Source: an uncultured Ignavibacteriota bacterium
GTDB taxonomy: Bacteria; Bacteroidota; Ignavibacteria; Tepidaquicellales; Tepidaquicellaceae
Direction: 5' to 3'
Length of the DNA: 64,000 nucleotides
Assembly (NCBI GenBank): GCA_937959065.1
Contig: CALGOI010000379.1
Location: 2,556-66,555 of the forward strand
In this document: positions 16,506 to 25,465 of the stretch, one piece after another
Layout of the letters: each line of letters begins with the position of its first letter
Position numbering within the stretch: the first letter of the stretch is position 1
Position numbers and translations under genes: made by a program
Notes under the pieces: generated by a model
Seen by the model: only the letters and a program-made list of their open reading frames with translations
The model's database searches: none
Told to the model about the DNA's origin: nothing

Positions 16506-17368
16506 TCAGGCGATTTCTTTTGGGTAAAAGGTTGGCGCAATCGACAATGAACAGTTACCTAAGCCACTTAGATCACTACTTGCGTTGGTGTTATTCAGAG
16601 GGTGTGCCACCGGAAGATATGCCAACAGAGGCGTTGCTGGAATGGATGAGCCGACCCGGCTCACCAAGCACGGTAAGCCAACGAAGAACAACACTCGTTC
16701 ACTTGTATGAATCGGTGCTTGGCCAAGGCTTTAAGACTCTGCCGTTGCCCTACCCGAAAAAGAATGTTAGATTGCCCCACCACTTAACACCTCAACAGGT
16801 GGCGCGAATCATTCAGTCAGTAACAAACACCAAGCAACGCCTGGTCTTGCAAATAATGTACGCTCTTGCGCTCCGGGTAGAGGAAGCGGTAAGAATAAAG
16901 AGGGAGGATATTTACGAAAACTACGACACCGAAACGGGAGAGATGTACTATGAACTTAGGGTTGTTGGGAAAGGAAACAAGGAAAGGCGTATTCCAATTC
17001 CTGACCAAACGGTTGCAGCCATGTTTTCGCACATCAAATCCAAGCACACAGAAAGCGGCTATTTGTTCAAAGGTCAGTTCAAAGGACATTACAGTTACGG
17101 AAGCATCCGAAATGTATTCAACCGGGCGAAGGAGAAAGCGGAAGTAACTACGCCCGGAAGCACTCACCTACTCCGAAAGAGCAGAATAACCCACCTTGTA
17201 AATGCCCAATTGAACGACAGGACTATTATGCTAATGGTAGGCTGGAAGAACCAAAAGACCATAGAACACTACCACCGTGCTAACACCTCATCAATGAGAA
17301 AAGCAGTATCAATGGTTGACGAATCACTATTGCTAATTGAGAAGACACACCATAAACTTATAGCATGA
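16484..17368 (+). CDS. Tyrosine site-specific recombinase, Xer-like (short, no obvious arm-binding domain)
   Basis: 294 aa from the ATG at 16484. It has an N-terminal SAM-like core-binding region (STMNSYLSHLDHYLRWC) and the catalytic pattern R (LALRVEEAVRIKRED), K (GKGNKERRIPI), HxxR (HLLRKSRITHL) and H/Y (TIEHYHR). Confidence 0.85.
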   Translation: MNEYTNQFRRFLLGKRLAQSTMNSYLSHLDHYLRWCYSEGVPPEDMPTEALLEWMSRPGSPSTVSQRRTTLVHLYESVLGQGFKTLPLPYPKKNVRLPHHLTPQQVARIIQSVTNTKQRLVLQIMYALALRVEEAVRIKREDIYENYDTETGEMYYELRVVGKGNKERRIPIPDQTVAAMFSHIKSKHTESGYLFKGQFKGHYSYGSIRNVFNRAKEKAEVTTPGSTHLLRKSRITHLVNAQLNDRTIMLMVGWKNQKTIEHYHRANTSSMRKAVSMVDESLLLIEKTHHKLIA

Positions 17369-17958
17369 TAATAGGTATATCAGGAAAGATTGGCTCTGGC
17401 AAGGACACCGTGGCCGGTATCATACAAGAACTAACCAATGACCGGTGGGAAGCAAAGAAGTATGCCGACAAGCTGAAGCAGGTGTGCCACATTGTTTGCG
17501 GAGGAGACATAAGAGATCAGTTTTCCCGGGAGGGCAAGGCCATTTACATATCCTCGTTTGGAATGACCATAGGCGAGATACAGCAGTTAGTGGGCACCAA
17601 TGCCATGCGTGACAACTTTGACGAAAACGTGTGGGTTAAAGCATTGATGAATGATTATGTGCCAAGCAAGGGGGGAAATGTTCCCAACTGGATAATAACT
17701 GATGTGCGCTTTCCTAATGAAGCGGCCGTCATAAGGAAAAATGGCGGATACCTATTAAGGCTGGAAGGAGACCCTGTTGACGTTAGAAAGAACTCTGACA
17801 GGGACCTAAGTCATCCTTCTGAAACATCTCTTGATGATTACCGGTATTGGGACGGAATAATATACAATACCGGTAGCATGGACGATCTAAAGAGGTATGT
17901 CGAAAACTTTCTTGTTGATGTCGAGAATCGCTACGACATGAAGTTCAATTGGTTATAG
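17365..17958 (+). CDS. Deoxynucleoside monophosphate kinase-like P-loop protein
   Basis: It has a P-loop (GISGKIGSGKDTVA) and ITDVRFPNEAAVI, as in phage dNMP kinases. Confidence 0.6.
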   Translation: MIIGISGKIGSGKDTVAGIIQELTNDRWEAKKYADKLKQVCHIVCGGDIRDQFSREGKAIYISSFGMTIGEIQQLVGTNAMRDNFDENVWVKALMNDYVPSKGGNVPNWIITDVRFPNEAAVIRKNGGYLLRLEGDPVDVRKNSDRDLSHPSETSLDDYRYWDGIIYNTGSMDDLKRYVENFLVDVENRYDMKFNWL

Positions 17959-18039
17959 CCTGGCTGTATCTCTTGTGGCAAGGCCCTCGTCATATATTGG
18001 CGGGGGTTTTTCGTAAATTGCCGTCTTAAAACACCGAAA

Positions 18040-18519
18040 ATGGATATGAAGATCCCGAAGGTTACATTGAACTCAGTGTTGAAGATGGTTGTAACACTAC
18101 TTGTCACCCTTTCAGCGTTGGCCACGTCTTATATTGCACTGATAGAACCAAGAATAGTGGTGCTGATAGATGAGCGTATTGACTCTCAAAAGGCCCACAA
18201 TGTTGCAAATGGCAACATGAAACTAAGCGAGAAACTATCTACGCTACTGAATGTGGAGCCCGACTTGGTGGCCAATGAGGTATCACAGATGTACTTCTGG
18301 TACAAACAGCGAGTTGTGATGGACGGGAAGCTGAACGATTTTGTCAACTTCTGGGATGAATGGGAATATGTTGGCGTATTAAAGAACAAGATAACCGGTA
18401 AGTTCAGGTACTTTCCTGGAGTGGGGTATGAGAACCATTACCGGGTGTACATGTACAATGATGGATGGGCGTACTATCCTGAAGGAAACGATGACATTTA
18501 CCAGTGGGTGTATCCCTGA
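18040..18519 (+). CDS. Hypothetical membrane-anchored protein
   Basis: 159 aa with an N-terminal hydrophobic segment (VVTLLVTLSALATSYIALI). Confidence 0.5.
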   Translation: MDMKIPKVTLNSVLKMVVTLLVTLSALATSYIALIEPRIVVLIDERIDSQKAHNVANGNMKLSEKLSTLLNVEPDLVANEVSQMYFWYKQRVVMDGKLNDFVNFWDEWEYVGVLKNKITGKFRYFPGVGYENHYRVYMYNDGWAYYPEGNDDIYQWVYP

Positions 18520-18716
18520 CAAATATGAAAATACCAGACCATCATAGGGCGCATGTTGAAGAACTTAAGCGTATTATGATAGAGGATGATCAATACAGGG
18601 ATGTTCCTTACGCAGAACTTTTTCTTCTGGTAAGTTTCTTTGGGGTGTGGCCGGAATACCGGGCAAAGAAAAGGGCCTCGTGGATAGTGGTGCCTTACGG
18701 AATATACCTTAACTAA
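18504..18716 (+). CDS. Hypothetical protein
   Basis: 70-aa ORF overlapping both neighbours. Confidence 0.4.
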   Translation: MGVSLTNMKIPDHHRAHVEELKRIMIEDDQYRDVPYAELFLLVSFFGVWPEYRAKKRASWIVVPYGIYLN

Positions 18717-19246
18717 TGCTGAAGGGTCGGCCGTGTGAAGCTCCGGGATGTTCAAACCCAAGATGGGGAGGAGGTTATTGTGCCCATCATCAAATGCTTA
18801 GGGAAGACAAAGCTCTGCCCACAGGGCTATCAGTGGGAAAACGTCAAATGCGTTCGTTTAAGGGCTTAAGGCCCAAGAAAAGGCTAAATCCCATGTCATC
18901 TAAGCAGAAAGCCCAGGTGAAGGAGAAAAAGGCGGTGTATGAGCTTATGAAGTCAATTCGTAAAATGGTGTGTACAGGATGCGGGAGGATTAGCGATCCG
19001 GAATTACTTCAGCATAGCCACATAATACCCGTGTCTCGCTGGAAAGAGGGAGAGATAATTATAGAGAACATAACGTATCATTGTAGTGATCTGGCCAACG
19101 GCTGCCACTCAAGGTGGGAAACACACAATCCAAACCACACCAAGGGGATGCTTGATTACGACAAGAACATGAAATACATATCAAGTGTGGATGTTGAATA
19201 CTACCACTTGTTGATAAGTAAGCTTCCTTCTAATGAAACATTATAG
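18716..19246 (+). CDS. NinG/Rap-like or HNH-type zinc-finger nuclease candidate
   Basis: CEAPGC...CAHH at the N-terminus, and CTGCGR...QHSHIIPVSRW...NITYHC...NGCHSRWE in the C-terminal half. Confidence 0.4.
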   Translation: MLKGRPCEAPGCSNPRWGGGYCAHHQMLREDKALPTGLSVGKRQMRSFKGLRPKKRLNPMSSKQKAQVKEKKAVYELMKSIRKMVCTGCGRISDPELLQHSHIIPVSRWKEGEIIIENITYHCSDLANGCHSRWETHNPNHTKGMLDYDKNMKYISSVDVEYYHLLISKLPSNETL

Positions 19247-19310
19247 AGGGTTTGTGCGTAATTTGTAGTGTTGTTACTCCGGTCCTTCATGGGCAATGTC
19301 ACAACAAATA

Positions 19311-19343
19311 GAACCGGGGCGTGTGTTGCAACAACCCCGGTTC
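19311..19343. terminator. Bidirectional terminator at the convergence point
   Basis: GAACCGGGG (19311-19319) pairs with CCCCGGTTC (19335-19343). It lies between the convergent genes ending at 19246 (+) and 19349 (-). Confidence 0.7.
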
Positions 19344-19348
19344 TTCCT

Positions 19349-19873
19349 TTACACCCACGGGGCTTTGTTTCGAATAACGTTTTTCTTGTATTTACGGGAT
19401 AAGGACCTGGCAATCCTCTTATACTGATCGGGAGTGGCTGGCCGCCTGTGTAGTTCCTGAGCTTCCCGGTGCAGGTCAACTATATGCTTGTCTGATTTAT
19501 CATGGTAATCGTAATAGAGGATTCCCGCATATTCTGGAACTTCTTCAGGATTAACCATCTCATAAGGCATTACATAGTAGAACTTGGATGGAACGTTGCC
19601 GTCCAAGTAGTGCCTTTCTGTGCCATCCATGACTACCGTGGTGCCGGTGCCGGATAAGTGAAGGTGCTTTTCTTTTTCGAAGTCCTTTTGAAAGTCGGCT
19701 ACCGTGAGCTTTACTTCGAACTCATATATCATCTCAACTGATGAAAGTGAGATGAGGTCTGATTCCCAATTGAACAGGTAAACATTAGGACAGGCTACCT
19801 TGTGTTTTTTGCCTGAGAGGTAGTTGTAAGTCCCACGTATTACATCCGCTTCAGTAATCTTCCCTTGCGCCAT
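19349..19873 (-). CDS. Possible PD-(D/E)xK nuclease (MmcB-like)
   Basis: 174 aa. WESDLISLSSVEMIYEFEVKLTVADFQKDFEKEKH resembles the D...E-x-K core followed by the ADF..D motif. Confidence 0.35.
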   Translation of the reverse strand: MAQGKITEADVIRGTYNYLSGKKHKVACPNVYLFNWESDLISLSSVEMIYEFEVKLTVADFQKDFEKEKHLHLSGTGTTVVMDGTERHYLDGNVPSKFYYVMPYEMVNPEEVPEYAGILYYDYHDKSDKHIVDLHREAQELHRRPATPDQYKRIARSLSRKYKKNVIRNKAPWV

Positions 19874-19892
19874 ATTCGGCTAAAGATACGAA

Positions 19893-20228
19893 TTAGGGTG
19901 TGTTGTTGTTGTTGGGCAGGGCAACTAAGTGCCAAAGACGTATGCCGGGGACGCAGAGAATGATTTGAAGTGCACAATATAGTGAAGCGGCAATTTGCAT
20001 GTGGCCCAGCATTTGGTCTTTACAATTATTAAAGAACCAAATGTTGAGAATAACAAGTGCGGTAGTGGCCGCTAATATTCCGAACACACCCCATAGGCCC
20101 GCCCATCGAAATCTCTTTTCGTATGTCACTTTAGGTTCGTCATCGTAGTGTTTTTCGAACACCATCATTTGATACGGATTTACTATTTGACATCCTGTGT
20201 GGTGCCTTACATAATTACTCTTGTTCAT
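19893..20228 (-). CDS. Hypothetical membrane protein
   Basis: 111 aa with two or three hydrophobic segments. Confidence 0.45.
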   Translation of the reverse strand: MNKSNYVRHHTGCQIVNPYQMMVFEKHYDDEPKVTYEKRFRWAGLWGVFGILAATTALVILNIWFFNNCKDQMLGHMQIAASLYCALQIILCVPGIRLWHLVALPNNNNTP

Positions 20229-20893
20229 ATATAGTTTGGTTTTCCGTTAGTGCTCAATATTTCAAATTCCACTACCCAAACCCATGGGTTGGACTTCCAT
20301 GATTCTGCTCCGTTTATCTCGATCCAAAGGGTTTTGAATGACTCCGTTGGCTCCGAAGTTGCTCCTCCGGTTATGTAATTTCGATATAGTGAGTACGAGT
20401 CTGTGTTGGCTATATAAGCACCAGCTGGCTCTATTCCCTCTTCTATACAATCCCTTGGGGATATGCTTTGCGCCTTTTCAATTAGAACCTTCTTTATCCT
20501 AAGCCATATTCTGGCGACCGGCTTTGGCATGTGTATGGATGGTTTCCATCCTGTTTTTGTACTGAAGCTGGGATCAGGGCCGTAATCAGCCTTGTAAGCC
20601 ACCTCGTAATTGTTTGGGGTGTCTGCAAATGCCCTGTAAAACGATTCCCGAACCCAAAGAAAGTCTCCGGGATTTCCGTATGGGCACTTATGGAAATCAA
20701 CAAGAGTGTCTTTTCTATGATACATTACACCAAACTGTTTTTCCTCGTCCACTTTCTCTCCGGTAGTAACAGCGATGTGCTTGCCTTCCTTGGGCTGAGG
20801 TTTGATGGTTCTTCTGGTCTGTGTTTTCCTGCCGTCAAGTATGGCCCTAACCATACTTGTGGAGAATAGGATTGGTTTCTCTTTTGTCATCAT
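20225..20893 (-). CDS. ASCH-like phage protein
   Basis: The N-terminus PILFSTSMVRAILDGRKTQTRRTIKP is a widespread prophage signature, usually annotated as an ASCH domain. Confidence 0.4.
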   Translation of the reverse strand: MMTKEKPILFSTSMVRAILDGRKTQTRRTIKPQPKEGKHIAVTTGEKVDEEKQFGVMYHRKDTLVDFHKCPYGNPGDFLWVRESFYRAFADTPNNYEVAYKADYGPDPSFSTKTGWKPSIHMPKPVARIWLRIKKVLIEKAQSISPRDCIEEGIEPAGAYIANTDSYSLYRNYITGGATSEPTESFKTLWIEINGAESWKSNPWVWVVEFEILSTNGKPNYI

Positions 20894-21135
20894 GTAAGCT
20901 TTATGTATCCTGATTTAATGGCTTTGAGCACCAATAGGGTGTCGTTGTTCTCATTGAAAATGGCCCTGAGTTTTTCCCGGTAATTGAGAACGGTTTGGTA
21001 AGAGCAGTTATTCCACTCTGCGGCTATGTTCTTGATCGATTCTCCCTTGGCCAACATCATTAGCATTTCTTTAGTTAGGCCGTTGAAGTCAGGGTGGTCG
21101 CTCGGGTCAAGTTCCTTTACTTCAATTTCTATCAT
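20890..21135 (-). CDS. LuxR/GerE-type helix-turn-helix protein
   Basis: LTKEMLMMLAKGESIKNIAAEWNNCSYQTVLNYREKL matches the LuxR C-terminal HTH pattern. Confidence 0.45.
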   Translation of the reverse strand: MIEIEVKELDPSDHPDFNGLTKEMLMMLAKGESIKNIAAEWNNCSYQTVLNYREKLRAIFNENNDTLLVLKAIKSGYIKLT

Positions 21136-21677
21136 ATCGGTTTATTTGAAAGTAAAACATCTCTGTTAATCCCATAGATGCGTGAATCCATGGGTTGTAA
21201 TATATCTATCCACTTGGTTCGAACGATGAGGTTGCCATTCTCATCATGGGTGTATTTGCTCATGGTGTCATGTACCACCCACCAGCCGTTTGCCGGGGGC
21301 ATGTGCGGAGAATAAACGTGTATGGTATCGCCATAATTAAAGGGACCTCCCCATCTTGTGAGGAGATCTCTTGACAGTGCGCACCACCGAAGGCTTCCTT
21401 GCTGTAAAGCCACGGTATCGATATACCCACCGTCTGCTGTGTTTAGTGGAGTACTGTCGCACTGCGCTATGGTTGGGTTGTATTTAGTGAGGGTAACATG
21501 ATGTAGTTCCTGGTGGTAGTGGTGTATTACCGTGTCGTGAACTACAACGCAGGTGTCTTTTTTGGCCAGTAATGCGCTGAGGTTTTGGTTCTGCTCACAC
21601 TGGTGGGTTGCTCCGCATAGCAGGAATATGATTAGACCTATAAGGACGAAGCGGTATGTCTTTTGGGATGAGGTCAT
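21132..21677 (-). CDS. Secreted/anchored 3D-domain (DPBB-fold) protein, putative cell-wall lytic
   Basis: It has an N-terminal hydrophobic anchor. TKYNPTIAQCDSTPLNTADGGYID...GDTIHVY resembles 3D/RlpA-like domains. Confidence 0.4.
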   Translation of the reverse strand: MTSSQKTYRFVLIGLIIFLLCGATHQCEQNQNLSALLAKKDTCVVVHDTVIHHYHQELHHVTLTKYNPTIAQCDSTPLNTADGGYIDTVALQQGSLRWCALSRDLLTRWGGPFNYGDTIHVYSPHMPPANGWWVVHDTMSKYTHDENGNLIVRTKWIDILQPMDSRIYGINRDVLLSNKPI

Positions 21678-21720
21678 TGTTCTGCTTTGGTTATTGTTTC
21701 GGGATCAACCTCTTGGTATT

Positions 21721-21954
21721 TCATTTCTTGGAAATTACTTTTATTGTTACCCTTCCCCCTCCGAAAAGAGGCATTGTGTCTCCGTGTTTGGCTCTAATAG
21801 CGTGTTTATTGTGGTTAATACTACACCATTGGCCAATCTCATTTACCCATCCCACATAGGCATCTGGTCTTTTGTTGGTCAGCCGCATCTTCCTTGCTGT
21901 AACATGATCTCCAGTAGGAGCCAAGACATATCCGGGAGGGGCTTCAGGGGTCAT
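21721..21954 (-). CDS. Hypothetical protein
   Basis: 77-aa ORF. Confidence 0.4.
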   Translation of the reverse strand: MTPEAPPGYVLAPTGDHVTARKMRLTNKRPDAYVGWVNEIGQWCSINHNKHAIRAKHGDTMPLFGGGRVTIKVISKK

Positions 21955-22125
21955 GTTAGTCGTGTTGGTTAATAATCATTAAGTTGATTTCGTTTATTCG
22001 TGCCTCAATATTCTTTTCGATCACAGCGCACCTCATTAGCTGCCCGGGCCGAACATCTTTTTTAATGCCCCGAACACGCTCCAGGCGCTTTGTAAGGCAC
22101 TCTTTCCTATGGATGAGGTATTCGC

Positions 22126-22302
22126 TCACTCCTTGCCCCGTATATAGCCCTTATCTTCTCCTGTATCACGGGCAGCTATCATCTTTTCACGTAGCCTGAT
22201 CTCCTTGTCGAGCAGGCAGCAGGGCCCCACGCCCCGGAAACAATCCTCGGCATAGTGTTCTTTGCCACACCTCCTGCACTTTATCTTAACTTTATACGTC
22301 AT
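22126..22302 (-). CDS. Small Cys-rich hypothetical protein
   Basis: The start was moved to the internal ATG (MTYKVKIKCRRCGKEHYAEDC...) so that it does not overlap the upstream gene, which ends at 22316. Confidence 0.35.
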   Translation of the reverse strand: MTYKVKIKCRRCGKEHYAEDCFRGVGPCCLLDKEIRLREKMIAARDTGEDKGYIRGKE

Positions 22303-22315
22303 TTTTCTTACGTGT

Positions 22316-22696
22316 TCAACAACGATTTTCACTAAACGTACTATACACCACGGCCACCTCTTTTGAGAACGAAATAGCCCCAATTCCAAGCCGTGTGTTT
22401 CTTACGCTTTTAAGGGTGATGTCGGCACCATGCCTGCTCACCACAATGTATTGCTCAGTGCCCACACCACTAATCACTACATCATCGGCCTCAATGTGCC
22501 TTTCTTCCTGCTCTATCTTTCCATGAACAACAAGGTAAACGTTGGTGTCTGTGGATCCCCACAGCCTAAGCCACCAATTGCTTGATGGTTCCTGGTAATA
22601 GCACACTTCTACGGTGCCTATATTGATCTTGGCGGTGTTGCCTCTGGCCAGCGTGTGGCATTCTCCGGGAGTTAGGGGGTAGTCGTAGATGCTCAT
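22316..22696 (-). CDS. Hypothetical protein
   Basis: 126-aa ORF with a 4-nt overlap with the upstream ORF. Confidence 0.45.
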   Translation of the reverse strand: MSIYDYPLTPGECHTLARGNTAKINIGTVEVCYYQEPSSNWWLRLWGSTDTNVYLVVHGKIEQEERHIEADDVVISGVGTEQYIVVSRHGADITLKSVRNTRLGIGAISFSKEVAVVYSTFSENRC

Positions 22697-22887
22697 CGTT
22701 TTGTGGTTATTTTATTAGTAATAGCGAATCCCGCAGCAAACCCCCAGATGCCGAACAACACCGTGGTAAGTATATATCCGGCCACGGTATCGTGCTCTGA
22801 GTTAAAGAATGCCGAGGTTGTCCATGCCCACCCAGTAAGGATAAAGGGCAGGGATGTTATTAGGGTGATCTTGAGTTTTCTGGTCAT
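22693..22887 (-). CDS. Small membrane protein
   Basis: 64 aa with two hydrophobic segments. It is the first gene downstream of IR-R. Confidence 0.45.
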   Translation of the reverse strand: MTRKLKITLITSLPFILTGWAWTTSAFFNSEHDTVAGYILTTVLFGIWGFAAGFAITNKITTKR

Positions 22888-22911
22888 GTTTTAAGGCTTT
22901 AGGTGGTCATT

Positions 22912-22974
22912 ATTAATTTGTGTATTTGTTCATAACTTTCTGATTTTCAGTGTGGGTGTTTTGATACAATCGTT
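22912..22974 (-). repeat. Inverted repeat, right copy (IR-R) with a vestigial 6-codon ORF
   Basis: This is the reverse complement of IR-L, with a perfect core at 22929-22974. On the minus strand it reads ATG AAC AAA TAC ACA AAT TAA (MNKYTN-stop), against MNEYTNQF... for the recombinase. Confidence 0.9.
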
Positions 22975-22983
22975 ATGTGCAAG

Positions 22984-23310
22984 CTAATCTTCGTGCCAAG
23001 CCTTAAATTCCGTTAAAAAAGGTTCGCTTTCTGGTCTGTGTCCATCTGCATAGCTTATATGAGCGTATGTGGTTTCAAAACCATATTGATAAACAGTTTC
23101 GTAGCCAAAAAACTTACAAATCCTATCAGCTTGCTTTTCATAGTCTTTTCGTTTTATGGTTTTGTCATAAAACCCCACCTTTTTTAACTCGTCATAATCG
23201 AAATGTTCCAGCAAGAAATTTTTGAGTAGTTCTAATTTCTCGCCAGCACATAACAATGTATAACCGTCAGGCTTGGTTTCTGCATTTTTGGGAGTTTCTT
23301 GTGTATTCAT
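22984..23310 (-). CDS. Hypothetical protein (array B ORF 9)
   Basis: 108-aa ORF. Its stop TAG lies 9 nt before the AAC of IR-R. Confidence 0.5.
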   Translation of the reverse strand: MNTQETPKNAETKPDGYTLLCAGEKLELLKNFLLEHFDYDELKKVGFYDKTIKRKDYEKQADRICKFFGYETVYQYGFETTYAHISYADGHRPESEPFLTEFKAWHED

Positions 23311-23333
23311 AAGTCATTTGTATTTTGAAAGTT

Positions 23334-23406
23334 AACGTCTAATTCACGCCCGAACGGTTATACTCACCGTTACCATTAATAAAAAAGGGCGACCAATCTG
23401 TACGTT
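23334..23406 (-). repeat. AAC...GTT-closed nested hairpin
   Basis: On the minus strand TAAC spans the stop. The outer pairing is AACGT/ACGTT, with CGCCC/GGGCG inside it and an inner AACGGT/ACCGTT mini-hairpin (23353-23371). Confidence 0.45.
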
Positions 23407-24283
23407 AAAAAACTGCGCATCCAGTACCACATTCTTCTTCCATATCAAACAAATCATTTTCATAAATATATTCATCTGTTGCTCTTGTAAATGGTTGTTC
23501 AGCCATTTTTACTAAATCTTCAATAGTATTGTAACCTCTATAAAATGTTTGCACACCGTTGTTTTTTTTCATTAATTCGTTATAGCTTGGTTTAACTTCA
23601 ATTGGTATTGAGCCATAAGTTTTAATCATTCTATCCCACCAATCAGCTTTATCTGGTTCTTCTTTTAAAATAGTCATTAACTTTCTGTTAGACTTCGCAA
23701 AACACATATCGCAGTTTCCTTTATAAGCTGGAATACTTATTTGTATTGGTTGTTCTTTCCAGAATTTATTTCTATCTCGATTTGAAATACCTCTATCTAA
23801 TAATGGATAAAAAACATTATTGGTTTTATAATCTTTCCTTACACGATCCATTTCATCGGCACGCAAACCAACAGCTATAGAATAATTATTTGTGCTAAAT
23901 ATTGAATCTGCATATTTTCTTAATGGCTCTAATTTCATATCTCTATTACACCATTTATTTTCTTTGTTTGGTATTCCAAACTTTTTTATGCCTGTTTCAA
24001 ATATTTCGCCATTACGCTTTAAGTTTTCGTAAGAAACTATTTTAGGTGTTACACCTGTGCCTTTATCGTGAAATTCTGCTTCAATCCAAATTAAATTAAG
24101 ATTATAGTGTTTATCACATTCATTCATAAACTCTAAAGATTCTTCTCTTTCTTTAGACGTGTTAGCCATAACATTTATAATATTGTGATCTGGAAACCAT
24201 TTAGGAAGCATTATAGCCATCATAACACTACTATAACCAGCAGATACACTACAAAATATATTTTTATTATTCTCTAATTTCAT
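23405..24283 (-). CDS. PAPS-reductase/PP-loop ATP-pyrophosphatase family protein
   Basis: 292 aa. It has an N-terminal PP-loop-like FCSVSAGYSSVMMA and a C-terminal CGTGC cluster. The family call is based on overall pattern only. Confidence 0.55.
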   Translation of the reverse strand: MKLENNKNIFCSVSAGYSSVMMAIMLPKWFPDHNIINVMANTSKEREESLEFMNECDKHYNLNLIWIEAEFHDKGTGVTPKIVSYENLKRNGEIFETGIKKFGIPNKENKWCNRDMKLEPLRKYADSIFSTNNYSIAVGLRADEMDRVRKDYKTNNVFYPLLDRGISNRDRNKFWKEQPIQISIPAYKGNCDMCFAKSNRKLMTILKEEPDKADWWDRMIKTYGSIPIEVKPSYNELMKKNNGVQTFYRGYNTIEDLVKMAEQPFTRATDEYIYENDLFDMEEECGTGCAVF

Positions 24284-24333
24284 TTCGTATTATTTTGCTT
24301 CGTGCCTCAGCAACGCCCTTTTTAACTAATGGT

Positions 24334-24377
24334 AACACCACCTATACACCATTAAAACGGTGCATAGCCAAACCGTT
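24334..24377 (-). repeat. AAC...GTT-closed hairpin
   Basis: The minus strand reads AAC-GGTTTGG-CTATGCACC-loop-GGTGTATAG-GTGGT-GTT, a 9-bp stem with one G-T pair. Its first 13 nt are identical to site A2 (AACGGTTTGGCTA). Confidence 0.55.
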
Positions 24378-24379
24378 AG

Positions 24380-24721
24380 CTACAATACCGCTTTTTCGTC
24401 TATTTCATCAGAGTCACACACAGGGCAAGTGCAATCACCATAATCACCAGTATCAGCTATTTGTCCACCGCCATTTAACAGTTTTGAGCTTCCCCACCAA
24501 CCGCACTTGCCACATTCGGCAGTATAGTATCTATTTGCAATATCTTCGGGAGAAGCGGTACAATAGCTAACATTGGCTATACGCAAATTATTTACTAGCT
24601 TATCCAATGTATATTGCATATGTACTTTGCCCCAATCTACTTGACATTCCCCTACTTTTGTCATAGGTTCAATCAGTTGTTTAATCTCTTCTACTGTTTT
24701 AATATCTTCTTTTGTTATCAT
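24380..24721 (-). CDS. Hypothetical zinc-ribbon protein
   Basis: 113 aa with CGKCGWWG...CTCPVC. Confidence 0.5.
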   Translation of the reverse strand: MITKEDIKTVEEIKQLIEPMTKVGECQVDWGKVHMQYTLDKLVNNLRIANVSYCTASPEDIANRYYTAECGKCGWWGSSKLLNGGGQIADTGDYGDCTCPVCDSDEIDEKAVL

Positions 24722-24750
24722 AATTTTAGTTCTTTAAATCCGTAAATAAT

Positions 24751-24772
24751 CAACGCATAGCCTTGTCCGTTG
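24751..24772 (-). repeat. Mini hairpin CAACG-12 nt-CGTTG
   Basis: The loop contains GGCTATGC, as does the neighbouring site at 24334-24377. Confidence 0.35.
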
Positions 24773-24782
24773 TGGTGCATGG

Positions 24783-24998
24783 CTACTCTACCCACATCAA
24801 ACCAATTTCCCGTCTAAAATTAGATAGGTGGCTCATTGCATCAGAAAGCATTGATTCCATGAAGCTCTCGTGCCTATTTAAAATGTCGGCTAATTCTCGT
24901 TTGGTTTTAGCGTTTTTTATTTCATCTTCATGTATCAGGTCGCCACCGTAGTAATCACGATAAGCCAACATTTTCTTTTTCGTTTCTTCTAAAGTCAT
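24783..24998 (-). CDS. Hypothetical protein
   Basis: 71 aa from the ATG at 24998 (the ORF track begins at an upstream GTG at 25019). Confidence 0.45.
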   Translation of the reverse strand: MTLEETKKKMLAYRDYYGGDLIHEDEIKNAKTKRELADILNRHESFMESMLSDAMSHLSNFRREIGLMWVE

Positions 24999-25027
24999 AT
25001 TCGTTAATTTACCCGCCACGACACCAC

Positions 25028-25139
25028 AACAATAAATAAACGCAAGCTGGTCGGGCGTTGTAGCGGAGGTTAGTATTTAATTTAAAGCTCAGTCATTTAA
25101 TCAAAGTCAAGGCTCAGCCAGCGTTTATTAGGTTTCGTT
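25028..25139 (-). repeat. AAC...GTT-closed long imperfect hairpin
   Basis: AATAAACGC (25035-25043) pairs with GCGTTTATT (25121-25129), with 4-5 further pairs after a 2x2 internal loop. AAC/GTT pairs at the base. Confidence 0.5.
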
Positions 25140-25149
25140 ATATACAATG

Positions 25150-25428
25150 CTAATCTAATGCACTTTCAGGATATTCAGTCCTTGCATCAAACACCCAAAT
25201 CATAATACCTTTTGCCCAACATTTTGCTGTCAAATCATCCATATCTAAATCAGAAAATTTATGCGTATAACAAACGCTTGGGTAATCAGCAAAAGGTTTT
25301 ATTAGTTCCGATGGCAAATAGCTGTATTCAAACTCATCCATCTCTTTAATTACTTCTTTTACTTTTTCAATGTCTTTAGGGTCATTTACATAAATTGCCC
25401 CGTAACTTTTGTGTGATAATGTATTCAT
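25150..25428 (-). CDS. Hypothetical protein
   Basis: 92-aa ORF. Confidence 0.5.
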   Translation of the reverse strand: MNTLSHKSYGAIYVNDPKDIEKVKEVIKEMDEFEYSYLPSELIKPFADYPSVCYTHKFSDLDMDDLTAKCWAKGIMIWVFDARTEYPESALD

Positions 25429-25465
25429 TTTAATAAAGTTTTAGTTTGTAACCCGCACAGTATAT

